Virus record (IMG/VR): IMGVR_UViG_3300036766_000317
Coordinates: 27,825-91,824 of that record
Direction: 5' to 3' (one strand)
Origin: a virus
DNA: 64,000 nt
In this document: piece after piece, positions 35,557-44,718 of the stretch
Numbering within the stretch: position 1 is the stretch's first letter
Layout: each line of letters opens with the position of its first letter
The notes under the pieces: generated by a model
Database searches by the model: none
The model's input: the letters and a program-made list of their open reading frames with translations, nothing else
What the model was told of the DNA's origin: nothing
Program-made: the position numbers and the translations under genes

Positions 35557-36404
35557 TCCTACTACTGGATAGTAATTCAATCTGCCACCAAATGAAACAT
35601 GGTATGACTGATCTTTCTTTCCACGAAAAAAAAGTGGGCGTTATATTTGGTTTCCTGAGGCAGCTTCTTTCCCTCGCAAAGAAATTTGAATCCAACAGAT
35701 TCGTCTTTGCTTGGGATTCTCGATCATCGGTACGGAGTCAATTCTTTCCCGAATATAAAGGAAGACGTAAGAAGGAGAAAACTCTAGAAGAGAAAGAGTT
35801 GGACGATATTGCCTATTCACAATTTAATGCCCTTCAATACGAAATCCTAGCAGAAATTGGATTCTTGAATTCCTTCTCTCAAGAGGGCTATGAGGCGGAT
35901 GATATTATAGCCTCAATAGTTCGCTGCAATAATAAAGAAAAGATCGTTATTATTTCTACGGACGAAGACTTGTACCAACTTCTTTCTGAGAACGTGACCA
36001 TATACTCGATACGAAAGAAGCAGGAATATACACACCACAATCTTTGGAAGGATTGTCGAGTCCCTCCCCAGGATTGGCCTGATGTCAAAAGTATAGCCGG
36101 TTGTAGTTCGGACGACATTCCGGGAGTTGTTGGTGTGGGAGAGAAAACGGCTTGTAAGTATCTCAATCGTCAATTAGGTATAACCCATAAAACCTATAGA
36201 GCCATCAAGGATAACGGGGAATTGATCAAAAGGAATCTTCAACTGGTTACTCTGCCCTATCCTGGAACGGAACGCATTATCATCACAGTCAAAGATCCTT
36301 TGTCTCTTAAAGGGTTCTTAAATGTCTGTACCAGATACGGGTTTGAATCGTTTATGTATAAGGACAATCTTACTCAGTGGAAAGAACATATCTTTAAGGA
36401 GTAG
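35553..36404 (+). CDS. 5'-3' exonuclease / flap endonuclease (T4 RNase H / PolA N-domain-like)
   Basis: LLDSN, YKGRR, YEADDIIA, STDEDLYQL, SDDIPGVVGVGEKTA. Confidence 0.93.
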   Translation: MILLLDSNSICHQMKHGMTDLSFHEKKVGVIFGFLRQLLSLAKKFESNRFVFAWDSRSSVRSQFFPEYKGRRKKEKTLEEKELDDIAYSQFNALQYEILAEIGFLNSFSQEGYEADDIIASIVRCNNKEKIVIISTDEDLYQLLSENVTIYSIRKKQEYTHHNLWKDCRVPPQDWPDVKSIAGCSSDDIPGVVGVGEKTACKYLNRQLGITHKTYRAIKDNGELIKRNLQLVTLPYPGTERIIITVKDPLSLKGFLNVCTRYGFESFMYKDNLTQWKEHIFKE

Positions 36405-36538
36405 ACCATGAAATATCTTATTATTGTTTTTTGGATGGCTGCCGCAATTAATTTTGCTATTTGGATGAAAAGTTCGGCAGCTGGTTTCAGCCTTTTCTTT
36501 GTTCTTGTATCCTTAGATTTGTCTCTAAAGGAAAGCAG

Positions 36539-37159
36539 ATGAAAGGATCCGCATACGAAAGAGAGTTAGCTTCTTTGTTCTCCCTTTGGTGGAGTGACGG
36601 TAAACGGGATGATATCTTCGGACGTTCTGCTGGATCCGGGGGACGATTCACTGCTCGACGTAAATCAGGCAAAGATACATTTCTTCAGGGTGGGGATATT
36701 GTAGCCACCGACGCTGATGGCGAACCACTCATGAAAGCCCTTCTCATAGAAGCTAAGACGGGATATGGCACAAAAGTCGGCGGGGAGATAGTCCGTTGGG
36801 ACATACTTGATTTCATGGATTCCCGTCAAGAAAAGCCAGTTCTTGCTAAGATGTGGGAACAGTGTTGCCGAGACGCGACTATTTCAAACAGAACTCCTGT
36901 ATTAATTTTCAGGAGAAATCGACGTTCTCCTTGTATGCTTATAACAAATAAGTTCTATCAAGACCTCGTTTCTTTTTACGGAGCATTTGTAGGTAACAGG
37001 ATTGATTTATCGGTAGCGGACATATCTGGGGTGATACTTTCTCTCCAAGACTTTTTTGAGTGGATCGTAGATATAAGAGGATTTTTATGTTCCGAAACAT
37101 CTCAATCAGTGGTGTCCAAAGCCACATTGAAACGTCGCTTGATCTGTCGTCCGGCGTAA
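36539..37159 (+). CDS. Holliday junction resolvase-like PD-(D/E)XK nuclease
   Basis: KGSAYERE, RSAGSGG, GDIV, IEAK, WEQC, LIFRRNR. Confidence 0.78.
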   Translation: MKGSAYERELASLFSLWWSDGKRDDIFGRSAGSGGRFTARRKSGKDTFLQGGDIVATDADGEPLMKALLIEAKTGYGTKVGGEIVRWDILDFMDSRQEKPVLAKMWEQCCRDATISNRTPVLIFRRNRRSPCMLITNKFYQDLVSFYGAFVGNRIDLSVADISGVILSLQDFFEWIVDIRGFLCSETSQSVVSKATLKRRLICRPA

Positions 37160-38193
37160 ATGTTATCACCGGCGCGTCCGATTCCGGCAAGACTGGAATC
37201 ATCCGATCTCTGTTCTGGTTAATCAATAACCGTCCTTCTGGGGAAACCCTTCGTAATTGGAATTCAGATATAGCCGATCCTATGGCAGTTGAAGTATCCT
37301 TCTCTGAAGGGGGACATGTAGCCATCAATCGAGAAAAAGGTAAGACCTCATATATCCTGTCCTACAAAGGACAGGAGGAAACTTATCAAGCCATAAGAAC
37401 AGATGTTCCTTCCGAAATAACAGAAGCATTGAACCTGTCCTCTTATAATCTACAATCTCAACATCAGACCTATTTTCTATTGCAGGATACTCCTGGTGAA
37501 GTGGCCCGTACATTAAACGAGCTAACCGGATTGAGTATTATTGATTCCGCATTCAAGAAAGTATCCGCAAAAATACGGGAAACTGTATCCAAGATCGAAA
37601 GTCTGAAATCAGAAAGAGATAGGAGCAAGGAACAGCTCAAACAGTATGACAATCTGGACTCTATACGAATACTGATAGAAGATATTGAAAGAGACACGGA
37701 AGAGCTGTCTAAAATTGAGGCTGCCCACGTTAAAATAACAAATTCGATTACAGAGCTGAATAAAATAAAAGAGAGAATGGCAGAGCTGCAATCCTCAATA
37801 GAAGTAGAAAAGGAAATCGGCCCCATTCTTGTTCTTATAAATGAACATAATCAGATTGAATCTTGGATAAGTAAAATACAATTACTACTCCGTTCTCTTT
37901 CTTCAATAAAGGAGGATCAGGAACAAGATGCTTCTTGGTTGGAGATGGAGCCTTCTTATGTTGAGATTTACAATCTGTTGAAGGAGTATGAGGCTGTCTC
38001 CAAGAAGAAAGATGCTTTATCCTCTTTGCTTTCCCTGCTTAACAGGAGCGATATAGAAAAAACTAGGATAGACACTACTCTGCAATGTGCCATTGGCAAA
38101 TATGTCACTCTGTTGGATGAATCCAAGATATGCCCCACTTGCGGAACTCCCACAAATAAGAAGATGCTAGAGGAAATCAAAACGAGGTTATGA
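37087..38193 (+). CDS. sbcC: SbcC/Rad50 N-terminal half (Walker A to zinc hook)
   Basis: GASDSGKT, Q-loop, coiled coil, CPTCG near C-terminus. Confidence 0.85.
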   Translation: MFRNISISGVQSHIETSLDLSSGVNVITGASDSGKTGIIRSLFWLINNRPSGETLRNWNSDIADPMAVEVSFSEGGHVAINREKGKTSYILSYKGQEETYQAIRTDVPSEITEALNLSSYNLQSQHQTYFLLQDTPGEVARTLNELTGLSIIDSAFKKVSAKIRETVSKIESLKSERDRSKEQLKQYDNLDSIRILIEDIERDTEELSKIEAAHVKITNSITELNKIKERMAELQSSIEVEKEIGPILVLINEHNQIESWISKIQLLLRSLSSIKEDQEQDASWLEMEPSYVEIYNLLKEYEAVSKKKDALSSLLSLLNRSDIEKTRIDTTLQCAIGKYVTLLDESKICPTCGTPTNKKMLEEIKTRL

Positions 38194-38300
38194 TATATTT
38201 CAAAATAGTTCTTGACAAATGATTTGAAATATATTACTCGTAATCACACATGGAGATTATATGAAAGTAAAAATACATAAACAACTTAAATGTAAAAGGT

Positions 38301-39128
38301 GTGATTATGAATGGAACCCAAGAAAAACAGAAGTCCGAGTATGTCCAAAATGCCACAGTCCCTATTGGGACAAGGAAAAGAATACTCAAAAATAGATTAT
38401 GTAAATGTGGTTGTGGAAATTTCGCGGCCCAAAATAAACAGACTAAACAGTATAACCATTATATCCAAGGGCATAACAGAAAAATAATTAATTATGATCC
38501 TTTAAGAAAATGTGCAGTTAATGGCTGTGAAAGAATAGCTTGGAGAAAAACCCTAATTTATTGTAGTAGGCATCACTCACAAATAAGAAAGTTTGGAAAG
38601 ATACGAGAACGTACTATGTATGACAAAAATAGCTATGAGTTTAAAGATGGATTATGCTTTATTGATTTATATAACAGAAAAGGGGTATTAGTTGCTGTAA
38701 CTTTTATCGATGAATTAGATTTTGATCTAATAAAAAATATCAAATGGGGACTAAAAAAGGACAGACCTGGTTGTCGTGGGCCAATACAAAGCATGCCTGG
38801 TATTTTATTAAATAGACCGGACGGATTTGTCATTGATCATATCAATAGAAATCCTTTAGACAATCGCCGTTGTAATCTACGAATCTGCAAACAGAGCGAA
38901 AACATCCTAAATTCCAAAGTGAGGAACTACAGCAAATCACAAATAAAAGGGGTTTATATGAGACCAAATAGTAAAACATGGGGTGCTTATATTTCTAGAT
39001 TTGGCCATACCCATCATCTAGGCTCCTTTATTTCTCCACAAGCAGCTTTATCAGCACGAAACATCGCAGCTATCCAATTACATGGGCAGTATGCGTATAT
39101 AGATTCTTTAATAAAAGGAGATATATGA
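38301..39128 (+). CDS. HNH endonuclease with AP2 domain
   Basis: IDHINRNPLDNRRCNLR; IKGVY..W..HLGSF. Confidence 0.9.
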   Translation: MIMNGTQEKQKSEYVQNATVPIGTRKRILKNRLCKCGCGNFAAQNKQTKQYNHYIQGHNRKIINYDPLRKCAVNGCERIAWRKTLIYCSRHHSQIRKFGKIRERTMYDKNSYEFKDGLCFIDLYNRKGVLVAVTFIDELDFDLIKNIKWGLKKDRPGCRGPIQSMPGILLNRPDGFVIDHINRNPLDNRRCNLRICKQSENILNSKVRNYSKSQIKGVYMRPNSKTWGAYISRFGHTHHLGSFISPQAALSARNIAAIQLHGQYAYIDSLIKGDI

Positions 39129-39319
39129 GATCAATGAAGGGTTATAAAGATATAACATTGCCATTCGGAAAATATAAAGGACAATTACTAGCCGATGTCC
39201 CTAATTTCTACATTGCATGGCTCTTAGATCAAGAATTTGTGGAAGAAAAGTTTCCTAAACTGTATGAAATGGCTAAGATGGAATCTCAATACCGAGAAGA
39301 GTTTGGTATAACTATATGA
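39125..39319 (+). CDS. DUF3820-like small protein
   Basis: LPFGKYKGQLLADVPNFYIAWL. Confidence 0.75.
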   Translation: MRSMKGYKDITLPFGKYKGQLLADVPNFYIAWLLDQEFVEEKFPKLYEMAKMESQYREEFGITI

Positions 39320-40257
39320 AGCTGTTAATCACAGGGGACTGGCACTATACGGATAAGCAACCAGATTGTCGTATTGATGATTATCAAATATCGATTACGG
39401 AAAAGATTGAGCATATCTTCAAAAGGACTGAGGAAGAAGAAATATCCTTAATTCTTCAAGCAGGAGATTTAACAGATACTCCTTTTCTTAGTTATTCTAC
39501 ATATATAGAACTATCCAATTTACTAAGTAAATTTAGTTCTGCCTCCGTAAATACCGAATTATATAGATACAATCTCATGACAGTCTACGGGCAGCATGAT
39601 CTACGGTATAGAAATAAGGGAAATACCCCCTTAGATGCCCTTGCTTCTAGCGGTCTCATTACCATTCTATCCTCTGATCCATCTTCCTTATATCCCAGAA
39701 TATGCATATACGGTTGTTCTTTCGGAGAAACACATCCACAAATACAAAATCCTAATTCTTTCAACATCTTAATTCTACATCAACTGATTGTTTCTTCTCA
39801 AGAAAGAGATTGGGAGAAGGATCAAATTCTTCATTCCGCCCTGCTACAAAATTCCAAGTGGGACCTTGTTGTATCCGGAGATAATCACCTGCCTTTTATA
39901 ATATCTACTGGTGGCAAAAAACAAAGACATTTGATAAACTGCGGCAGTCTCATGCGTTCTACCATTGAACAGGTTGACCACGAGCCCTTCTTTGTTATCT
40001 TCGATACAAATACCAGAACCTATGAAAAACATTTTCTGAAGATCAAACCTTGGCAAGAAGTCTTCGATCTAGAAAGAAAAGTTAAACAGGAGGAACGGAA
40101 TGAAAATCTGGAGATATATGCGGAGAGTTTAAAGGAACAGAAAGATATGGGATTAGATTACACAGCTAATCTAATTGCATATATGCAGGGAAATAAAGTG
40201 GAGAAGCCTGTAGAAGAAATTGTTACCGAATGTATTACTCTGAATGAAAAACTTTAA
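39316..40257 (+). CDS. sbcD: SbcD/Mre11 metallophosphoesterase nuclease
   Basis: GDWH, AGDL, GQHD, SGDNH, NCGS. Confidence 0.9.
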   Translation: MKLLITGDWHYTDKQPDCRIDDYQISITEKIEHIFKRTEEEEISLILQAGDLTDTPFLSYSTYIELSNLLSKFSSASVNTELYRYNLMTVYGQHDLRYRNKGNTPLDALASSGLITILSSDPSSLYPRICIYGCSFGETHPQIQNPNSFNILILHQLIVSSQERDWEKDQILHSALLQNSKWDLVVSGDNHLPFIISTGGKKQRHLINCGSLMRSTIEQVDHEPFFVIFDTNTRTYEKHFLKIKPWQEVFDLERKVKQEERNENLEIYAESLKEQKDMGLDYTANLIAYMQGNKVEKPVEEIVTECITLNEKL

Positions 40258-40418
40258 GATTGTATCATCCAGAATAAGTGGAGAAATAACTGTTGATGAA
40301 AAAGATATCATTCAGATTGTTCCTTCTTACTGGAATAAATACAAAACCAAACGTCTGCAGGATCTATTACAGGATCTGGACAGACCGGAAATACACTATC
40401 GATTAGTAGGAGGAATAT

Positions 40419-40676
40419 ATGAAGGCAGAAGTAACAGTAAGTCAAATCCAAAAGGATTTGTTAGACCTCAAGAAAGGGATAGACGAGGCCAAGATCAACC
40501 AAGCAAAGCTGAGGGGGAGGGAGGAAGAACTCCTGAACCAATTGAAGAAAGATCACGGATTATCATCCGTAGAGGAAGCATCCAAAAAGGTCTTGACTTT
40601 GGAAGCTAATAGAGCTTCCGTTGAAAAGAATATCATCGATAAATACACGACGTTAAAGGAAAAATATGAATGGTAA
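40419..40676 (+). CDS. coiled-coil protein, probable middle fragment of SbcC
   Basis: Heptad pattern; directly precedes and overlaps SbcC C-half. Confidence 0.6.
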   Translation: MKAEVTVSQIQKDLLDLKKGIDEAKINQAKLRGREEELLNQLKKDHGLSSVEEASKKVLTLEANRASVEKNIIDKYTTLKEKYEW

Positions 40677-41268
40677 CATTGTTTCTTTACGAGCTAAGTA
40701 TGAACAGGCTGTCGGACAGAGAAACATGCTGAAGAAGCAGCTTACAGATGTGGAAATCCGAATAGAAACACAGGAAGCCCATCTTGAAAACTGTCAGAAA
40801 GCAAGAACTATCATTCAGACAGTGGCAGAGTCTACGCAGAAGAAGATAGAACACCACATCAGTTCTTTGGTGACAATGGCCTTGGCTGCGGTATTCCCCG
40901 ATCCATATACATTTGTATTACGATTTGTAAAGAGGAGGGAAAAGACGGAAGCCGATTTGATATTCGTAAAAGATGGTAATGAAGGCAGTCCAATGGATGT
41001 TTCTGGAGGAGGCCCTTTAGACGTAGCCTCTTTCGCTCTGCGAACAGCTACTTGGGCCATTAAACCTACTAGGAATGTTCTGATACTAGATGAGCCTTTC
41101 CGATTTGTAAGTAGAAATTTACAAATGGCCTGCTCCGAAATGTTGAAGTATATAAGTGAAAAACTGGAAATCCAATTGATAGTTGTTTCCCACATACCTG
41201 AAATTATGGACAAAGCTGATAAAGTATTTAATGTAACAAATGAACATGGTTTATCGATTGTTCACTAA
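40666..41268 (+). CDS. sbcC: SbcC/Rad50 C-terminal half (signature + Walker B)
   Basis: SGGG, LILDEP, VSH. Confidence 0.88.
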   Translation: MNGNIVSLRAKYEQAVGQRNMLKKQLTDVEIRIETQEAHLENCQKARTIIQTVAESTQKKIEHHISSLVTMALAAVFPDPYTFVLRFVKRREKTEADLIFVKDGNEGSPMDVSGGGPLDVASFALRTATWAIKPTRNVLILDEPFRFVSRNLQMACSEMLKYISEKLEIQLIVVSHIPEIMDKADKVFNVTNEHGLSIVH

Positions 41269-41280
41269 AGATATTTGAAA

Positions 41281-41403
41281 GGTTGTCATGGAGTGAACGC
41301 GTAGGTTGCCCGCGCAGTAGGAGGATGCCTGTTTACCTTATGAAGATGAATAAGGTAGGATGGCAAACACACGAACCCGGATATTGAGGCGGCCATGACA
41401 ACC
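41281..41403 (+). ncRNA. candidate structured ncRNA (~123 nt)
   Basis: 11-bp closing stem GGUUGUCAUGG/CCAUGACAACC, internal hairpins, GC-rich island in AT-rich DNA. Confidence 0.6.
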
Positions 41404-41442
41404 GATTTGAAACTGATCACTTAACTAAACAAGGAGGAGGAA

Positions 41443-41751
41443 ATGAGTATGTATCCGATAGAAGAAGAGAAGATTTTGGAGGCGATTTTAACAGAAGCTA
41501 AGGCAAGTGGTCTATCGTTAACATTTGTGGCTCTGATTGAAAGAATTTACCACAATCAGCAAAAACTTTCGCAGGGCCTCAGCAGCGTACAAAGTACATT
41601 GACTTGGGAAAGACAAAGAACAGAAAAATGGATGAGAGAACTTGAGGAAAAGGTTGACCCTGAAAAGGCAGCAAAACGAAAGATCGCCGATGAAATGCCT
41701 TCTGAAAAAGTAACGCAAGCCTCGAATAGTTTCACACTTGGGACTCTTTAA
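41443..41751 (+). CDS. hypothetical protein
   Basis: ORF track; SD AAGGAGGAGG. Confidence 0.65.
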   Translation: MSMYPIEEEKILEAILTEAKASGLSLTFVALIERIYHNQQKLSQGLSSVQSTLTWERQRTEKWMRELEEKVDPEKAAKRKIADEMPSEKVTQASNSFTLGTL

Positions 41752-41801
41752 GGTATGATCTTTGAAATTGGTCACGGCTCATTGAGGGCAAGGATGTTTG
41801 T

Positions 41802-42110
41802 ATGAAAAAAAGAGGCGAACTTATATTTTCAATCACAAAGAAGGATTTTGAGGTTCAGACTTTTCGGGCCGAGCTAAAGGCTAAACACGATGCTTTTGAA
41901 ATTGAATGGGAACAAGACTTTGACGATTATCTTCGTAATAATGATTTTCATATGATTCCATGTAAGCATAATAAGAATGGAAAAAGAAACTGGGACCTTG
42001 TGAGACAGGGATATTTATACGGAACCATCTTAATTAGAAAATGTAAGACCTGTGGGTGGATGTGGAGACATGACGATTCCGATGAAACCAGAAGTTGTCT
42101 TGGCGATTAA
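41802..42110 (+). CDS. chimeric hypothetical protein, release-factor-like N-terminus lacking GGQ
   Basis: ELIFSITKKDFEVQTFRA. Confidence 0.5.
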   Translation: MKKRGELIFSITKKDFEVQTFRAELKAKHDAFEIEWEQDFDDYLRNNDFHMIPCKHNKNGKRNWDLVRQGYLYGTILIRKCKTCGWMWRHDDSDETRSCLGD

Positions 42111-42202
42111 GAGAACTCAAGCCACCCGCACGCAAACCGAAGGAGGCGAAAGCGGCAGTGTTACGACCTGAAAGCCGTGACCACCTTGAAAGGAGGGTTA
42201 AG

Positions 42203-42742
42203 ATGAAGAAGGTATGTGATGACTGCAAAATAGAATTAGAATTAGTATGGCTATGCGTGAATTGTCATAATGTTATTATACATGCAGAAGCCGACCACCT
42301 TGCCGCCCTTGCGGAGAAGGATAAATGGATTGCTGAAGTCAAGATGTGGGCTAAAAACTATTTTGATGCAGAAAAGCAACGCTGTCAATGCGGTAAATAT
42401 GTTGGCTTTATGCTCCCCCATGGAACAGTTTTAAAAATCCAAGAGGATGAGAAGCAGATCGCCGCCCTGGAAGCGCAGGTGAAGGAGAAGGAACGCACGA
42501 TTGGTTTCCTGCATAGAAAAATGACCAGCCCGCGCATAACGGAAATGGAACAGAAGATCGCCGCCCTGACCGTCGAGAGGGACAGGCTGAGGAAGGCGTT
42601 GAAAGATTTAGTAGATGAGCTATTATATGATATGTCTAATAGTGCGGTGGCTCTAAAGATCGCCCAAGCAGCCCTTAAGCAAACCGAACCTGACACCGAC
42701 ATGTACGCTGCCACGGGCTCAACTGGAGGATATAAGCCATGA
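42203..42742 (+). CDS. coiled-coil hypothetical protein with Cys pairs
   Basis: Start after AAGGAGG; repeated IAAL segments. Confidence 0.6.
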   Translation: MKKVCDDCKIELELVWLCVNCHNVIIHAEADHLAALAEKDKWIAEVKMWAKNYFDAEKQRCQCGKYVGFMLPHGTVLKIQEDEKQIAALEAQVKEKERTIGFLHRKMTSPRITEMEQKIAALTVERDRLRKALKDLVDELLYDMSNSAVALKIAQAALKQTEPDTDMYAATGSTGGYKP

Positions 42743-42829
42743 ACCTAAATCCAAATAACTATGGTAACCGTGAAGCCTGCCAGCGCCTTGTCGCTGCAGG
42801 GATTGTGGAGCAGAGGAAGGAGGCCAAGC

Positions 42830-43162
42830 ATGGATCAGAATAGACGCTTTGCAGAACTTGCGGGGATATGCTGGCATGAATTGGTGAGACAACAAATAAA
42901 ACCCGGAGTTAAGGAGTGCTCTTGCGGAAAAATTATTTATAACAATGGTTTCTCTGGTCATATCAAGGATAGCAATCCCGACTTCTGCGCCGACCCCCGC
43001 GAAGTGCTGAAGGTCGTGATGGAGAGAGATGATTGGATAGAATTTTTAGATTGGCTCAGAGATTATGATGTTACTGATTCGCACTATATTTCTGTTGACT
43101 ACATCACTACTCCCAGCAAACTTCGGGATGCCTGGATTGAATGGAAGGAGAAGCAGAAATAG
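42830..43162 (+). CDS. hypothetical phage protein
   Basis: MDQNRRFAELAGICWH..NPDF; SD AAGGAGG. Confidence 0.65.
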   Translation: MDQNRRFAELAGICWHELVRQQIKPGVKECSCGKIIYNNGFSGHIKDSNPDFCADPREVLKVVMERDDWIEFLDWLRDYDVTDSHYISVDYITTPSKLRDAWIEWKEKQK

Positions 43163-43168
43163 TTGAAA

Positions 43169-43450
43169 TTATTCTTTCGGCGAATCCGTCGCCCTTCCAT
43201 CTTGTTTCCTCTCGTTCTCTGGATTCCCACGCCTGAAGTAGAAAGCAATAACGGTGGTCAATCCGGTGCCAACGAGAAAACCCACGATGTATTTGGCATT
43301 ATCTTGACCACTCTCCGGTATGGGAATGAAGGTCACACAGAAGAGGTATATCATCGAAAATAAATATACTCCCCATGCCAAATCCAACACTTTGGATGGA
43401 TCAGGGGTAGGTGTTATTCTGTTTCTCAGTTCTGCGGGTGTCATAATCAA
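43169..43450 (-). CDS. membrane protein, putative holin or lysis accessory
   Basis: Two hydrophobic helices, charged C-terminus; in lysis cluster. Confidence 0.6.
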   Translation of the reverse strand: MIMTPAELRNRITPTPDPSKVLDLAWGVYLFSMIYLFCVTFIPIPESGQDNAKYIVGFLVGTGLTTVIAFYFRRGNPENERKQDGRATDSPKE

Positions 43451-43944
43451 TCCTCCTTCTCAAGATCAAACGAATTTGCTACATTCTTTTTATGAAACGA
43501 AGAATCCCCTCCAACACGAACAGCCAAATACATGGGATAATATATTCCCCATCCATACTTTGGGTGCTCGTGGTCTTTGATCGTCTGCCGAAAGATCAGC
43601 CAGTCCGCTTCTTCCTTCGGGATAGGGATTCTGGCGACAATGTACTCCTCGGGCAGAAGCCAATTGCATAAAAGGTTGATCTTTTTGTCCCGCGCGATAA
43701 TCATCACGGCGTCCGTCCGGTACCCATAATCATGACCGAAAGCTTCACGGTGAACCTTGTCTCCCCAAGCATCATAGATAATAGGCAATCTGGGAACAGA
43801 AGCTCCATCAGATTGAAACCCAATTGGAATCTCCAATCTCTTAAATTCATGAACCCAAATCAAGGGTTGTTCAAGAGCACGAATAAGCCTTCCTTCACAA
43901 TAACCAAGGTCTTCTGAATGTATATTATTAAGAAATTTAGCCAT
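43447..43944 (-). CDS. DUF1353-family protein
   Basis: IPIGFQSDGASVP..HDYGY..YLAVRVGG. Confidence 0.85.
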   Translation of the reverse strand: MAKFLNNIHSEDLGYCEGRLIRALEQPLIWVHEFKRLEIPIGFQSDGASVPRLPIIYDAWGDKVHREAFGHDYGYRTDAVMIIARDKKINLLCNWLLPEEYIVARIPIPKEEADWLIFRQTIKDHEHPKYGWGIYYPMYLAVRVGGDSSFHKKNVANSFDLEKED

Positions 43945-44375
43945 TATGCAATCTTTTTTACCTGTTGATAGAGGTTTAACACTCTGGAAATATGACCAAA
44001 CACGTATTCTCTTTTACTATTTCTCTGATACCTAAGCATACGAAGAATTAGATACTCTTGCCAATTCTCAGGATTCAAATTCATGATTTCCTGGTTGCCG
44101 CCGCCGTTCCACTTCGGATCGTTCTGTGGGTTCACCTGGCTGTCAAAGAGGCATACATCCATTGGATAAGGAACATTATCACATCCTGCTGGTATCCAAT
44201 ACCGTTCAAGATATTTCACCTTTGCCTGTTCAAGAGTTGTTGCTGGGTTGACATCAGGATTATACTTAGACGCCAAACCCCAAATAGTAAACCCGCCAGG
44301 ATCATTTGGATCCCAAGTTGCTTTTCCTTCAAGACCGATAGTCAATTCAAATGCCTTGTCAAAGGATTCTCTCAT
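43944..44375 (-). CDS. endolysin, glycoside hydrolase family 108-like
   Basis: IGLEG..DPNDPGGFTIWGL, Y.ERYW, FD..VN. Confidence 0.82.
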   Translation of the reverse strand: MRESFDKAFELTIGLEGKATWDPNDPGGFTIWGLASKYNPDVNPATTLEQAKVKYLERYWIPAGCDNVPYPMDVCLFDSQVNPQNDPKWNGGGNQEIMNLNPENWQEYLILRMLRYQRNSKREYVFGHISRVLNLYQQVKKIA

Positions 44376-44379
44376 TCCC

Positions 44380-44703
44380 TCACCTATCTTCCTCCCGACG
44401 CCTTCTTGCCGCACTCTCTGGTTGATCGCATCCTTTTAATTGATGAATCATTTCAATTCCACTGAGACGGTCTGCATGTTTGTTCTTAGCCTCAATCAGT
44501 TCCTTGTTGGTCCTGTCCTGCCTGTCAAGGTATCGTTTTCCCGCGTAGGCAAGAATGGCTCCTGGAGCAACGCCGTTGAAAATCAAAGCCCATGTTATAT
44601 CTGGGGAAACATGAGTAACCTCAGTAATGGCTGCGGCATACACAACAGCGGCAAACAAAGTGACAACCAAAAACACCAGAAATTCTAACCAAGGTCTTTT
44701 CAT
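44380..44703 (-). CDS. putative holin
   Basis: Two TM segments, basic tail, upstream of endolysin. Confidence 0.6.
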   Translation of the reverse strand: MKRPWLEFLVFLVVTLFAAVVYAAAITEVTHVSPDITWALIFNGVAPGAILAYAGKRYLDRQDRTNKELIEAKNKHADRLSGIEMIHQLKGCDQPESAARRRREEDR

Positions 44704-44718
44704 TTTGCCCTTTCCTCC

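Noticed and set aside
38212-38240. Promoter at TTGACA before the HNH gene
   Set aside because: No convincing -10 at 16-18 bp spacing
41360-41392. AAACACACG...AUAUU resemblance to hairpin ribozyme loop B
   Set aside because: Helix 4 cannot form (CAC vs CCC) and no loop A partner was found
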